Positions 25,235 to 40,610 are shown, numbered from the whole stretch's first letter. The stretch: DNA of 63,031 nt, filler included, from Octopus bimaculoides (GCF_001194135.2; 7 parts of 6 records of this genome joined end to end with filler, not necessarily neighbours in it); one strand, 5' to 3'. Program-made: numbers and translations. Notes: generated by a model not told the origin, from the sequence alone.

Positions 25235-25530
25235 CAGGTGGGATGATGTGGACTTGTTTGGTCAACTGGCACCTGGCCTTTTTATGAAATTGTAAATGCT
25301 TCAGTTGTTATGGAGACTGACTTCTGAGAGTCTGTCAACAGTCGGGTAGCTCCCCTTCCGTTCTCATCACAAAACAAGTTATAACTCCGTCAGTTACTTC
25401 ATTGATTTGATGATGAAACAGATATTCATCGATATTCTTACATAGTACCCTGCAAACCAAATACACACTGGAGGCTACAGAGTTGATAACTATGATCATT
25501 AAGATTCAAATCAATTCACACACACACACT

Positions 25531-25566
<36 letters not shown>

Positions 25567-25844
25567 TAAATCAACAACTAAATAATTAAACCATCAAAGC
25601 TTCATCACATCCCATGATGCTATTGCTCATCAAATTCGATTTGAAATTAATAATGAATTAATAAACGATATACAAAGAAGAAGCAATGAATTCTTAAGTA
25701 ATTGATAAATTGAAAATAATGTGACTGGAAACTATTGAAAATTTCTATAAATAAGAAATGAAATTTACAAACGAGTGCAATTCAACTATTGATAAACGTG
25801 GACTATGATAAGTGCATTCTATTCGTGCCCGAGCAGATGTGTGC

Positions 25845-26470
25845 AGCATTTCAGCAGTACTTCGCTCAACTGTTTGGAACGAATGGTGGATCGGAACGCT
25901 GGATGGATTTGAGTGCCTACTTCAATGGCTTGCCGCTATTCTCAGGAAGAGAGATGGAGTGATGTAAAAAAAGTCAATAACAAACGCAATGAATGACTGG
26001 CTGCACAGAAGAGAAATCACCTCATTCAGATGATCTACCCTACGAGCTTTACTTTTATGCGCTAGACTTGTTTGGAAGCCTCTATATACAGCAACTGGCA
26101 GCAGAACAAGAGAAGTCCTAGTTCTGTGAGTCGATCAGCAGTGGCACTACTGAGACAGGATCCACACAATTTGGAATAAATGATTTTACTACTATAACTC
26201 TGATAAACGCAGATTTCAAATATTTGGTGAAGAGGCTGGTGCTTGTCATCGAGGATTAGTGACAGCGAAGTTGGACGACATTCTCGGAGATTCTGGGTAT
26301 CGACAACAACGAGCTGGCTGGTCTGCTCTGGAGGACTTTCCGGTCAAGGATGACCATGGATAATTTGGTCGGTCAATACTACAAAGGGGCGCTACTGATT
26401 CGAGATAAATTCTATAGGCATGGATATGCCGTCAGACGAGTTTGTCCGAAATGCAAAGCGACGCAACTAC
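25845..26470 (+). mobile_element. Internally deleted L1/Tx1 ORF2 relic
   Basis: EQMCAAFQQYFAQLFG, PYELY..DLFG...NWQQN...SVSRSAVALL, and MDNLVGQYYKGALLIRDKFYRHG...CPKC. The last peptide is homologous to 52900-53000. Confidence 0.65.
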
Positions 26471-28150
26471 TCCCTGACCCAATGTGTATTCTGATTAAAC
26501 TCATTTGGATTACTCCAAATGTTTTTCCAAAAATCTTCAGTTTGCTGCAGGGGTGGAGGTTTTCACAATAATGGTATTTTTTCCCAGTTCCCTGTAGAAT
26601 TTGTTTGTGTTCTCCTTGAATAGTATGTTTTGTCAATGGAATGCTGAGCGTTTTTTGTATCTTGCCAGTCGTTTGGTTTTTAATTGTAGCTTTTGGAGGA
26701 TTGCAGTCTGTCTATCCTTTGTTTTCTTGTAAAGGTCATATTTAGCAATTATTCTTATTAGTTTGTTGGGCTTATTAGTTTTCCCTTTGCTTGCTTCAAA
26801 TGGAAAAGATATATCTGCTCTTAGTTGGATTATTTGCCGGTTTATTCTTTCCATCTATGCAGGCTGTTTTGTATACATTGCGCTCTTTTTTTTTTTCTTT
26901 GTCTATCTCTAATTTTAATACCGCATTTCTGAGTTGCGACATAAGCAGCTGAGTAAATGAATTGATCAAACACTTCGAGGGCATTTTCTCTACTATTCTC
27001 AAGGAGTTGACGAATCAGCTTTCCAAGTGTTTGATCAACTTCTTTGATTACGTGTCTGTTCTTATTAGGGTTAATAATTTTGGGAAGTGGGACTCTTTCG
27101 TGGAAAGGTTGATGTAGTTGTATTAGATATTGTTCTAGTATTCCATCTAACAGTTCATTCATAATGTTTTTAGTATCAACTGATGATCCACCTTCATAGG
27201 GTTCTGTGTACCTAGTTTGCTGGTTTGACTTAGTGATTTCAGAGTTTTTTGCCTGTGAGTATAAGTGAGTGTGTGTTATACTGAGCTGACTTTTGACTGA
27301 TCTAACTATTTTGTCAATTTGCAGTCAGTTAGTCAGTTAGTCTTTTATTTTTTAGGATATCACGTCTCACAGTGGAGGCGCAATGGCCCAGTGGTTAGGG
27401 TAGCGGACTCGCGGTCATAGGATCGCGGTTTCGATTCCCAGACCGGGCGTTGTGAGTGTTTATTGAGCGAAAATGCCTAAAGCTCCACGAGGCTCCGGCA
27501 GGGAATGGTGGGGAACCCTGCTCACTCTTTCACCACAACTTTCTCTCACTCTTACTTCCTGTTTCTGTTGTGCCTGTAATTCAAAGGGCCAGCCTTGTCA
27601 CACTATGTCACGCTGAATATCCCCGAGAACTACGTTAAGGGTACACGTGTCTGTGGAGTGCTCAGCCACTTGCACGTTAATTTCACGAGCAGGCTGTTCC
27701 GTTGATCGGATCAACTGGAAACCCTCGATGTCGTAAGCGACGGAGTGCCAACAACACGTCTCACAGCTCCTAGTTTATTAATGTCCATGTACAGCCTGCT
27801 ATACGGGTTTTTGCGTCTCCAGATATTGTAGGTCTCTTTTTGTGCGGTTGATGTTTCAGGGTTTAGTGTTGAATAATAATAAGCATGCATAATTTCGATA
27901 CATTCCTCCTTAGTCTATTTCTGTCTTGTATTTTTATTTCTTTAAGATAGTTTTGGTAGTCGATCCTGAACGTCAGTTTCGGGAATAACCCCGGTTTGGT
28001 TTGCTACAGGTTCTTGAGGAGGTTGGTCCTGATTTAAAGACTTTTCGAGCTCACTGTCAGAACCTAAAGTCACTGATGAACGCGTTCTTCGAACGTCACG
28101 GGTTCTAAGGATTATTTCCATGGTTGGTATCCAGCGCCGTGCTATAAGCA
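26470..28150 (-). mobile_element. Dong/R4-like LINE, N-terminal half, split by a SINE
   Basis: Peptides EECIEIMHAYYYS...TYNIWRRKNP...NKLGAVRRDILKNKRL (rejoined across the SINE), RVPLPKI, RWKERINRQI..LRADIS, QKLQLKTKRLARYKKR and IWSNPNEFNQNTHW. Confidence 0.75.
27373..27754 (+). mobile_element. tRNA-head SINE with 12-bp TSD
   Basis: TSD CACGTCTCACAG at 27361-27372 and 27755-27766. A box TGGCCCAGTGG, B box GGTTTCGATTCC, ending GGAGTGCCAACAA. Confidence 0.9.
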
Positions 28151-28563
28151 CACAGGGTTAACCAGTTGTTTGGTTCTTTGGGTAAGATTCAGAGGTCCTA
28201 GGCATCATCATTTTCTGGTAGATGGGGAATTTTATTTTGAGAAGTTTTAAATTAGTTCATGTCATGACCTGCCAATTGGAAGGTGTCAAATGGTAGGCCG
28301 ACAGAATTCATGTAGCATCGTAGAAAGAGGCAGATATTGAATTGACAGCCAGAGAGAGAGAGAGACAGAGACAGGGAGACAAAAGACAGAGCCATCATGC
28401 AATCTCCGAGCTACTTCCTGTAGAATAGCGATGGCGTTGGCGGCGGCGGTGGTAGAAGTGGTAATGGGATACTATATGTCCTGTCAGCAGGATGTAAACG
28501 CTGTTGCATGTATGTTTGTCTCCAGGCAAATCACTATAATCATTGTTATTATTAGTAGATGTG

Positions 28564-28618
<55 letters not shown>

Positions 28619-28835
28619 TAGTAGTAGTAGCAGCAGCAGTAGCAGCAATAGCAGTAAAAGTAGTGCGATCAGGAAGCAAAAGAAACGTCACTCTCTTGCA
28701 GTCAGCAGAGGTCAATTGTGTTTACTACGACAGGCGCTCGATGAGAGGGCTGACCTTAGCCTCGGAAAGGGCCAACTCACACTGTTTCGTTTTAATTACG
28801 AATAGAAAAAAATAACAATTATAATACATACACAC

Positions 28836-28866
<31 letters not shown>

Positions 28867-29105
28867 NNNNNNNNNNNNNNNNNNNNNNNNNNNNNNNNNN
28901 NNNNNNNNNNTTAATTAATTAANNNNNNNNNNNNNNNNNNNNNNNNNNNNNNNNNNNNNNNNNNNNGTAGTAATAATAATAATGTAATTGAAATTAATAA
29001 ATGATATATTAAAAAGAGAAGCTAGACGGCTTTAAGATTCTCATCTTAATTGCACTCAAGGATTCCAGAATAGCTTCCGTCTTCTTATTTTCACTTACAA
29101 AGTAA

Positions 29106-29312
29106 GGCAGCGAGCTGACAGAAACGTAAGCACGCCGAGCGAAATGTTTAGCGGTACTTCGTCTGCCCTTATGTTCTGAGTTCAAATTCCGCCGCGGTCG
29201 AGTTTGTCTTTTATCCTTTCAGGGTTGATAAATTAAGTACCAGTTGCGTACTGGGATCGATCTAATCGACTGGTCCCCTCCCCCAAAATTTCGGGCCTAG
29301 AGTAGAAAGGAA
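29106..29312 (+). mobile_element. Family B SINE variant with 17-bp TSD
   Basis: TSD TTTCACTTACAAAGTAA at 29089-29105 and 29313-29329. Confidence 0.85.
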
Positions 29313-29916
29313 TTTCACTTACAAAGTAAAAGTTTTATTAGAGGTATGCAGAGTGACCTTTGCCCAAGGAGCTATGCTGTGTGATTGAACTCAATACACC
29401 GTAGTCAAGAAATAAACTTGGAAACCATTCGGATACACTGTACCTACCGTTCTAGACACATCATTAAACCAAACGGAATTGTCACAGCTGGAAAAGCTAC
29501 GATATTAATAATAATAATAATAACCAGAGCACTCGTCAGCGATGAAACGACAACCAAGTGTAGTTACCTTGGCCAAAATCGTGATCCCTTTCACTATGCC
29601 AGTGACCAGATACGAAACGAGCGAAACGTTGTTGAATTGTCTAACTCGCTAACGACTCAGCCATTTGCGACACTTCTGTCCCGTGAGAATGTGAAACGAT
29701 TTTAAAACTGAAATTAAAAGTGATTGATGGTTTGGATAATCACGTTTTTATTGCGAACACCAAGGATAATTATATAACGAAGAAGATTGAATAACACATA
29801 GAGTAACGCGATAGCGCTCGCACCCCTACCCCACACATATGTATGCATATATATATGTATGTATATATGTATATATATATATGTGTGTGTTTATATATGT
29901 TTATATATATGTATGC

Positions 29917-29970
<54 letters not shown>

Positions 29971-30304
29971 NNNNNNNNNNNNNNNNNNNNNNNNNNNNNN
30001 NNNNNNNNNNNNNNNNNNNNNNNNNNNNNNNNNNNNNNNNNNNNNNNNNNNNNNNNNNNNNNNNNNNNNNNNNNNNNNNNNNNNNNNNNNNNNNNNNNNN
30101 NNNNNNNNNNNNNNNNNNNNNNNNNNNNNNNNNNNNNNNNNNNNNNNNNNNNNNNNNNNNNNNNNNNNNNNNNNNNNNNNNNNNNNNNNNNNNNNNNNNN
30201 NNNNNNNNNNNNNNNNNNNNNNNNNNNNNNNNNNNNNNNNNNNNNNNNNNNNNNNNNNNNNNNNNNNNNNNNNNNNNNNNNNNNNNNNNNNNNNNNNNNN
30301 NNNN

Positions 30305-30353
<49 letters not shown>

Positions 30354-30703
30354 ATATTCATACACACATTCATGCACAGAGCATGCACACACACACACAC
30401 ACACACATGTGCGTGCTTACATATTACTTATCTCATTCCACTACACACATACTCAGATGTGTGTATATGTGCGCGTATGTCTTCGTGTGTGTGTGGGCGT
30501 GTGCATATGTGTCTCTGCATGCATATTTTAATGCCATTGCGTGTGTGTATGTTTGTGTATGTGTGCGTGTGTAAACGTGTGTGGATGTATCTCTATATGT
30601 ATGTGCTAATGTCATTATGTGTACGTATGTGTCTCCATGTGTATGTGTTAATGCATCTATACGTGTGTTAATATAAGAGTATCTATAGGTGTGGGCGTAT
30701 GTG

Positions 30704-30935
30704 TTATTTCTTTACTACCCACAAGGGACTACACACAGAGGGGACAAACAAGGACAGACAAACGGATTAAGTCGATAATACCGACCCCAGTGCGTAACTG
30801 GTACTTATTTAATCGACCCCGAAAGGATGAAAGCCAAAGTCGACCTCGGCGGAATTTGAACTCAGAACGTAGCGGCAGACGAAATACCGCTAAGCATTTC
30901 GCCCGGCGTGCAAACGTTTCTGCCAGCTCGCCGCC
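30704..30935 (-). mobile_element. Full-length family B SINE
   Basis: Reverse complement of 9407-9639 with few differences. Confidence 0.85.
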
Positions 30936-31309
30936 TATGTGTAAATTACACTGTGTGTTCGTGTAAGTTTGTGTGTTTGGATGTGTGTATATATGTATGT
31001 GTTTATGTATGTATGCACGCCTACATGTGTGCATGTATATATTACTCTATGCATTCCTACATGAGAAAAAGAAGGAAGTGTTTCCTAGTTATTAATACTG
31101 TTGAAATAAGCCTAGTTGTTTTGACTTAATCGTCATCACCGCTAAATCCCTCGTCTTAAAATCTGTTTTAAAGTGATAAACAGCGATACCGCTTGGAACG
31201 CTGGTAGGATTATAAGCGTGCAAGATTAGATATGGTAAGCAGTTTAGAATTGGGGATAAGCCGATGGTGAATCGGCCCAGCGATGTAACTTCGATTCTAA
31301 TTGTCAATA

Positions 31310-31613
31310 TGTGGTACTCCGTCGGTTATGGCGACGAGGGTTCCAGTTGATCCGAAATTAACGTGCAAGTGGCTGAGCACTCCTCAGACATGTGTACTCT
31401 TAACGTGGTTCTTAGGGAGATTTCATCGAGACACAGAGTGTGACAAAGCCTGCCCCTTTTAAACATATGCACAATTCATTTTTGCCAGCTGAGTGGACTG
31501 AAGCAACGTGAAATAAAGTGTCTTGCTCAAGGACACAACGCGTCGCCGGGAATCGAACTCTGAACGTTATGATCGCGAACCGAATACCCCTAACCACTAA
31601 ACCACGCGCCTTC
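31310..31613 (-). mobile_element. Chimeric CORE-like SINE
   Basis: Head and TTGTGTCCTTGAGCAAGACAC core as in family C. 3' tail as in 27373-27754. Confidence 0.75.
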
Positions 31614-32188
31614 TCTTATACATACATACATACATACAAACATACATGTATATATACATAAATACGCACATGCATATATACATACGTATATTAATGCATA
31701 CATACATACAAACATAGATTCATACATACATGCATACATATATACCTACCTCATGGTGGTGCTCCAGCATGACCACAGCCATTTGGCTGAAACGCATAAA
31801 TAAATACGTACATACATACATACATTCATACATGCAAACTTACATACATATATGAATACATATACACATGTATACACACACACACGCATACATACATACA
31901 TACAAACATACATACACACACACAAACAAACATACATACATACATACATACATGCATACATAACATACGTATACGTAGCCATAGATATACGTCGGTGGAG
32001 GTGTGTGAATCGGTTCCATTTAAAGTGTTCTCTCCATTGTTATCTTTGAGAATAGAAAATCTATGCAACTGTTTGAAGTGTTGGTCACATGATCTCCGCC
32101 ATTTCTCAATATTCTTTCGACATGTTTCTCTTCTGTTCATAATTACAAACTCTCACTGACATTTCTGTAAACATTTAGACATGCTTTG

Positions 32189-32224
<36 letters not shown>

Positions 32225-32279
32225 AATATTCACTGAACACACCACACGTTTATATATCCACGTCTTTTGAATATAAACA

Positions 32280-32317
<38 letters not shown>

Positions 32318-32557
32318 CATACGTAGAATACATACGTATATAAACTCACAGAATATTACTGTATTTGAACAGTGAACAGACACACATTCAACATATACAC
32401 GCATACACTGAACGTACATACATACATACATAAGTATATACATACATACATAAGTACATACATATATATATACATACATAAGTACATACATACATATCCA
32501 TACATACATACTTGCATTCATACATATATACAAACACACATATACACAAATACACAT

Positions 32558-32595
<38 letters not shown>

Positions 32596-32846
32596 TCTTG
32601 GTATAATAAATAAAAGGGGAAAAAATCTTTACTTTCTTCTAAACTGATGTTTGTCTTAAGCTGACAAACTAATACTGTAGTTGTTATTGATGTTGTTGTG
32701 GTTGTTGTTGTTGTGGTTGTTGCTTTAGTTTTATGTTCAACTATATTATAATAAACAGTCGGGCAACTTGTTTTCTTCAAACTGGTAATTGCGATTTTGT
32801 TTGAAGTTACGCTAAAACAAACAACTATATATACATGCATTTGTGC

Positions 32847-32911
<65 letters not shown>

Positions 32912-32978
32912 NNNNNNNNNNNNNNNNNNNNNNNNNNNNNNNNNNNNNNNNNNNNNNNNNNNNNNNNNNNNNNNNNNN

Positions 32979-33064
<86 letters not shown>

Positions 33065-33847
33065 GAAAGAGAGGGAGAGAGAGAGAAAGAGAAAGATACT
33101 GATAGATAGATAGGTAGATAGATAGATGTATAAAACCATATCTACACATGTACATATATATATGATATATACACACATATATATATATATATATGTATGT
33201 TTACTTATACACACACACACACATATATATGCAACATATACATATACGGGGAGAGAGAGAGAGAGAGAGATAAAGACCGGGAGAGATGCATTTCTAGTCT
33301 CAGAACGAACGAAACAACTCTGAAGACACTGATTTCTGTTATTTTGCTAACGTGCCTTTCAGTGAAACTAAACGAAAGAGTTCAAATCCACCGCGACCAT
33401 CCCAACAAATTCTTCCCCACCATCACAACCACCACCACCACCACCGTAGCTTATGTCACATGTATAGCAAAGAATACANNNNNNNNNNNNNNNNNNNNNN
33501 NNNNNNNNNNNNNNNNNNNNNNNNNNNNNNNNNNNNNNNNNNNNNNNNNNNNNNNNNNNNNNNNNNNNNNNNNNNNNNNNNNNNNNNNNNNNNNNNNNNN
33601 NNNNNNNNNNNNNNNNNNNNNNNNNNNNNNNNNNNNNNNNNNNNNNNNNNNNNNNNNNNNNNNNNNNNNNNNNNNNNNNNNNNNNNNNNNNNNNNNNNNN
33701 NNNNNNNNNNNNNNNNNNNNNNNNNNNNNNNNNNNNNNNNNNNNNNNNNNNNNNNNNNNNNNNNNNNNTGCTACTACTTCTATCACTACAACAAATTCTT
33801 TCTAAATGATTTCAAATTTTGGCACAAGACCAGAAAATTTGAGGGGA

Positions 33848-33917
<70 letters not shown>

Positions 33918-34549
33918 GCGTTTCATCGTTTCAAGGTCGATCTAATAAAAAACCAGTGAAACCCTGGGGTCGATGTAATCGATTATCTTCCTTATAATTT
34001 GGCCCTTAGCCAAAATGTGGAACCATTATTAACTTTCATTGCGATGGGTGGGTACTGTAATTGCTTGAGCATCGGACACAAAAGGCCTGACACTGACTCC
34101 AATATTTGACTGCTTATTAATTTATCGACCCCTAAAGGATTAAAGGCAAAACTGACCTCGGCGGAGTTTGAACTCAGAACGTAAAGACAGACAAAAACGC
34201 CGCCAAGTATTTTGCCATGCGTGCTAACGACCCTACCAGCTTGTCGTCTTAGGTAAAGCTAATATTGATTTCATTCCAAATTTTGGCACAAGGCCAGCAA
34301 TTTCAGGGAGGGAACAAGTCGATAACAACAAACCCAATACACCACTGGTATTTAAATTATCGACTGCGGAAAGATTAAAGACAAGAATATAAGGACACAG
34401 GAAATGTGTCAAGTCCAACAGGAAACGGTGTTTCCAAGGACTAAATAACAGTAGCATTCTTCCCTTTCATGGGACTGTCACATTAAGTTGACAACATACT
34501 TTATCTGCTGGGGGAGACGTTCGAGGGCTGTTCATGGAAAACCTTTTTC

Positions 34550-34764
34550 AACTACAGGCATATCTTCAGGGTAGGCCCGTTCTGCCGCACCATTCTTGCC
34601 AGTTTCATCCACCTTTCGGCAAACTGACTAGAGAAGACAACACCTTCCTCTCTACCCTTATTTTCCTTTTCAAGTGAAACTTGAAGAAATTGATCAGGGA
34701 TTGGCCAAAGCGAAACACGTTTGTCTTCTGCCCCTTCAATCTCGTCCACCATACAAGCTCTTTC
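34550..34764 (-). mobile_element. Possible L1/Tx1 ORF2 C-terminus
   Basis: FSSQFAERWMKLARMVRQNGPTLKICL* resembles the Tx1 ORF2 end as recalled. Cut by a join. Confidence 0.4.
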
Positions 34765-35118
34765 NNNNNNNNNNNNNNNNNNNNNNNNNNNNNNNNNNNN
34801 NNNNNNNNTTAATTAATTAANNNNNNNNNNNNNNNNNNNNNNNNNNNNNNNNNNNNNNNNNNNNATAATTTATTTTATGAAGGTATATAGGTAGGAATGG
34901 GATATTTAGGTGATGTTTCTTTTATGTATTGTACGAAGATGTGTTTGTTAGTTTGTTTAGTCTCCATTCATAAATTGAATGTTATAATTGTAGCTTAGTT
35001 TACTTTGCAGTATGTGTATATGTGTGTGTGTGGGGGGGGGTGCTTGTGTACTGTTCTGCTTTAGTAGGATTGATCTACGATATACATACACAGCCATACA
35101 CACACACTCTCTCTCTCT

Positions 35119-35162
<44 letters not shown>

Positions 35163-35209
35163 AATAAATATATAGAGACGGAGAGACAGATATAGATAGA
35201 TAGATAGAT

Positions 35210-35274
<65 letters not shown>

Positions 35275-35516
35275 CTTAGACATATCCTCGTGTATTTCTA
35301 TGATGAACATATGAATAAATTTATGAATATTTGAATGTATATATGCATATCCATTATATACATAGACACAAACACACACATATATATAGACATATACATA
35401 AATACATACAAGCATGAATACATATATTTATATGAATATTTACATTATTTGGATCGTTATAGTAACTTCTATCGTTGTTGAAATATCACAATTATTAAGC
35501 ATATTATTGTTGTTGC

Positions 35517-35577
<61 letters not shown>

Positions 35578-35782
35578 TGTTGTTGTTGTTGTTTTGCTTT
35601 CGTAGCAGTATTAGTAGAAATAGTAGTGGTTGATATATAATGCATTAATTTACATTTGTCCATTAGAATCATTTAGCAAAATCTATAGGAAAATTTTCTT
35701 AACTTACAACGAGAGAGTGGACGAGGGAGAGAGAAAAAGAGAGAGAGAGAGAAGCAAGAGAAAGAGAGAGAGAGAGAGAGAG

Positions 35783-35825
<43 letters not shown>

Positions 35826-36703
35826 CAAACAGAGAGACTTAAAGAAGGAAAAAATATGGCTGATTAAATTTTTAAAGAATTTACTGGGCGTGGATTACGC
35901 GGCTTCAAAGCATGTCTCTAAACTAAAACAGCAATGAACCAAGTTTTGAAAACTGGAGACAGTTGTAGCTATATGATATTTCCATTAACGCGTGTATATA
36001 TGTGTGCATGTATATATGTGTGCGTGTGTATACATGTACGTCTATTATGCATTTAGTATGTACATGCAGATGTGCATATTTATATTTAGGTATATATGTG
36101 TGTGTATGTAATATACATATTTAAACAGATTCATGAATTAAGTGCAATATATTTACACGCACGTAAAATACATTTATTTGAAATATATATTGTACGTTTA
36201 TTCCTATATATTATACATACATATTATATATATGTATATATATATATATGTATATATATAAATATATATANNNNNNNNNNNNNNNNNNNNNNNNNNNNNN
36301 NNNNNNNNNNNNNNNNNNNNNNNNNNNNNNNNNNNNNNNNNNNNNNNNNNNNNNNNNNNNNNNNNNNNNNNNNNNNNNNNNNNNNNNNNNNNNNNNNNNN
36401 NNNNNNNNNNNNNNNNNNNNNNNNNNNNNNNNNNNNNNNNNNNNNNNNNNNNNNNNNNNNNNNNNNNNNNNNNNNNNNNNNNNNNNNNNNNNNNNNNNNN
36501 NNNNNNNNNNNNNNNNNNNNNNNNNNNNNNNNNNNNNNNNNNNNNNNNNNNNNNNNNNNNNNNNNNNNNNNNNNNNNNNNNNNNNNNNNNNNNNNNNNNN
36601 NNNNNNNNNNNNNNNNNNNNNNNNNNNNNNNNNNNNNNNNNNNNNNNNNNNNNNNNNNNNNNNNNNNNNNNNNNNNNNNNNNNNNNNNNNNNNNNTGATA
36701 CAC

Positions 36704-36750
<47 letters not shown>

Positions 36751-36810
36751 TAAAATTATTTGTACACATGTAATATATGCATACACATATACATATATAC
36801 TTGGGTGACA

Positions 36811-36846
<36 letters not shown>

Positions 36847-37717
36847 ATGTTGAATGTATGCATGTGTATATAATTATATATACATACGTACGTGCGCAGT
36901 ATTTAAAAAAATTCTGTTACGTGAAATAAATGCCGACGTAACAGCTATATACTATATGTGAAATCCAGGTTTTCTAACGGAACACTCGTTAAGAAAATGT
37001 GATAAATAAGTCAACAGATGAGAAGAAATATCAAAAGAAATATCAAAATATAGTTTCTACATTGGAGTCAAATGCGACATTAGTGTAAATGCGTCCGCAA
37101 CTGGGAAAAATCGTACATAACCTTTTATATATGTCATATGTACAAATGTGTGTACATATACATACATACATACATATATATATATATATATGTATANNNN
37201 NNNNNNNNNNNNNNNNNNNNNNNNNNNNNNNNNNNNNNNNNNNNNNNNNNNNNNNNNNNNNNNNNNNNNNNNNNNNNNNNNNNNNNNNNNNNNNNNNNNN
37301 NNNNNNNNNNNNNNNNNNNNNNNNNNNNNNNNNNNNNNNNNNNNNNNNNNNNNNNNNNNNNNNNNNNNNNNNNNNNNNNNNNNNNNNNNNNNNNNNNNNN
37401 NNNNNNNNNNNNNNNNNNNNNNNNNNNNNNNNNNNNNNNNNNNNNNNNNNNNNNNNNNNNNNNNNNNNNNNNNNNNNNNNNNNNNNNNNNNNNNNNNNNN
37501 NNNNNNNNNNNNNNNNNNNNNNNNNNNNNNNNNNNNNNNNNNNNNNNNNNNNNNNNNNNNNNNNNNNNNNNNNNNNNNNNNNNNNNNNNNNNNNNNNNNN
37601 NNNNNNNNNNNNNNNNNNNNNNNNNNNNNNNNNNNNNNNNNNNNNNNNNNNNNNNNNNNNNNNNNNNNNNNNNNNNNNNNNNNNNNNNNNNNNNNNNNNN
37701 NNNNNNNNNNNNNNNNN

Positions 37718-37749
<32 letters not shown>

Positions 37750-38064
37750 CGGGTTATAATAGAAGAGACTTGCCCAAGGCGGTTACTGAAGCCTGAAACG
37801 TGTGGTTGGGAAGCAAGCGTCTTACCACAGAACCACTTCTCATATATGTATGTATGTATGTATGAATGTAGGTATGTATTCTAAATATTTATATATATAT
37901 ATACTCACGAACATATATATAGACAGATATATTTATATAGATTTATATTCATAAATATATTGAAATATGTGTATGTATATATATAAATGTGTGCATATAT
38001 GTGTGTGTGTGTGTGTGTATTTACACGAATAGTTGCCGTCCAATGACTGAAAGAATATAAGGTA

Positions 38065-38111
<47 letters not shown>

Positions 38112-38112
<1 letters not shown>

Positions 38113-38319
38113 CCGGAGTAAGCACATGAAATGTGCAACAAGGTGGAAAAAAGAGTACTCAAATACCAGCGGTAGAGTAATATGCTTTATTTAAAAGTAG
38201 CAGAAATATAACAAAAAAACCGTTACTCTGAGTTTCACGTTCCCGTTCATCGGATGAACGGGAACGTGAAACTCAGAGTAACGGTTTTTTTGTTATATTT
38301 CTGCTGCTTTTAAATAAAG
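38112..38319. mobile_element. Penelope-like terminus folded into a 67-bp-arm palindrome carrying two hammerhead modules
   Basis: Arms 38185-38251 and 38253-38319 have 1 mismatch. Each strand reads C(C/G)GATGA-ACG-GGAA-CGT-GAAA-CTC-A-GAG-TA-ACGG, followed by AATAAA. The PLE origin is inferred. Confidence 0.7.
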
Positions 38320-38737
38320 TATATATGTATGTATGTATATATATATGGAGAATCTACAAGAATAGATGCAACCGCTAATTTATAAAAACAGGTGACATTT
38401 TAATAAAAATCTGTAAATGTACAAACATCCAGATATCTGAGTTCGTTATTATTTTTTCCTAATATATATATATTCATATATATACAATCACTCATACACA
38501 CATACACACACACACGCATATATACACTCATACACACACACATCTATATGTAAATGTATGTATATATTATATATTTAACACAAATGTATAAAATTAAAAT
38601 GATTATTTCCCAAGCACACACACACACACACACACACNNNNNNNNNNNNNNNNNNNNNNNNNNNNNNNNNNNNNNNNNNNNTTAATTAATTAANNNNNNN
38701 NNNNNNNNNNNNNNNNNNNNNNNNNNNNNNNNNNNNN

Positions 38738-39789
<1,052 letters not shown>

Positions 39790-40218
39790 GGAATTTGTTA
39801 ATAAAGAGTGTCACCATTTTGTGTTTGTTTTTTTACTCTATATCTAGACACTGTCCCCTTTCTACCTTAAACCTCTCAACTGGTCCAAAGTCACACCCCT
39901 TCAATACTACTTTCCTCCCTCCCAGTTATGGGCTATTTTGTATTGCAAGGTGCTTGGAGACCCTGTTGGTTTTGTTGTCACATAAAAATCACTGGTGCCT
40001 GTACCACATGAAAAGTTATACTAGAGGTGTCACATAAAAACCACAGATAATGGTGCGACTTGTGAAGCGCTGGTGACGGTACGACAGACAAAGAAGCACA
40101 GATGAGGGTGTCACATTAGAAGGACTGGTGTTGGTGATACGTAAAATGCATGGATAACGGGCTCACATTATAAGCACAGGTACTAATGTCAGCTCAGCAG
40201 CACTGGTTGTGGTGTCAC

Positions 40219-40610
40219 ACGCCAGGTGAAATGCTTAGCTGTATTTCATCTGCCGTTACGTTCTGAGTTCAAATTCCGCTGAGGTCGACCTTCGCCTTTC
40301 ATCCTTTCGGGGTCGATAAATAAAGCACCAGTTATACGCACTGGGGTCGATGTAATCGACTTAATCCCTTTGTCTGTCCTTGTTTGTCCCCTCTATGTTT
40401 AGCCCCTTGTAGGGCAATAAAGAAATAAGAAACGTTAGCACGCCGGGCGAAATGCTGTCTTTACGTTCTGAGTTCAAATTCCGCCGAGGTCGACTTTGCC
40501 TTTCATCCTTTCGGAGTCGATAAATAAAGTACCAGTTACATACTGGGGTCGATGTAATCGACTTAATCCCTTTGTCTGTCTTTGTTTGTCCCCTCTATGT
40601 TTAGCCCCTT
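40219..40610 (+). mobile_element. Tandem dimer of family B SINE
   Basis: Two consecutive copies, joined at about 40428 (AAAGAAATAAGAAACGTTAGCACG). Confidence 0.8.

Noticed and set aside
28073-28105. CTGATGA...CGAACGTC hammerhead-like string
   Set aside because: GAAA is incomplete, there is no stem I or III, and it lies in the Dong/R4 coding relic.
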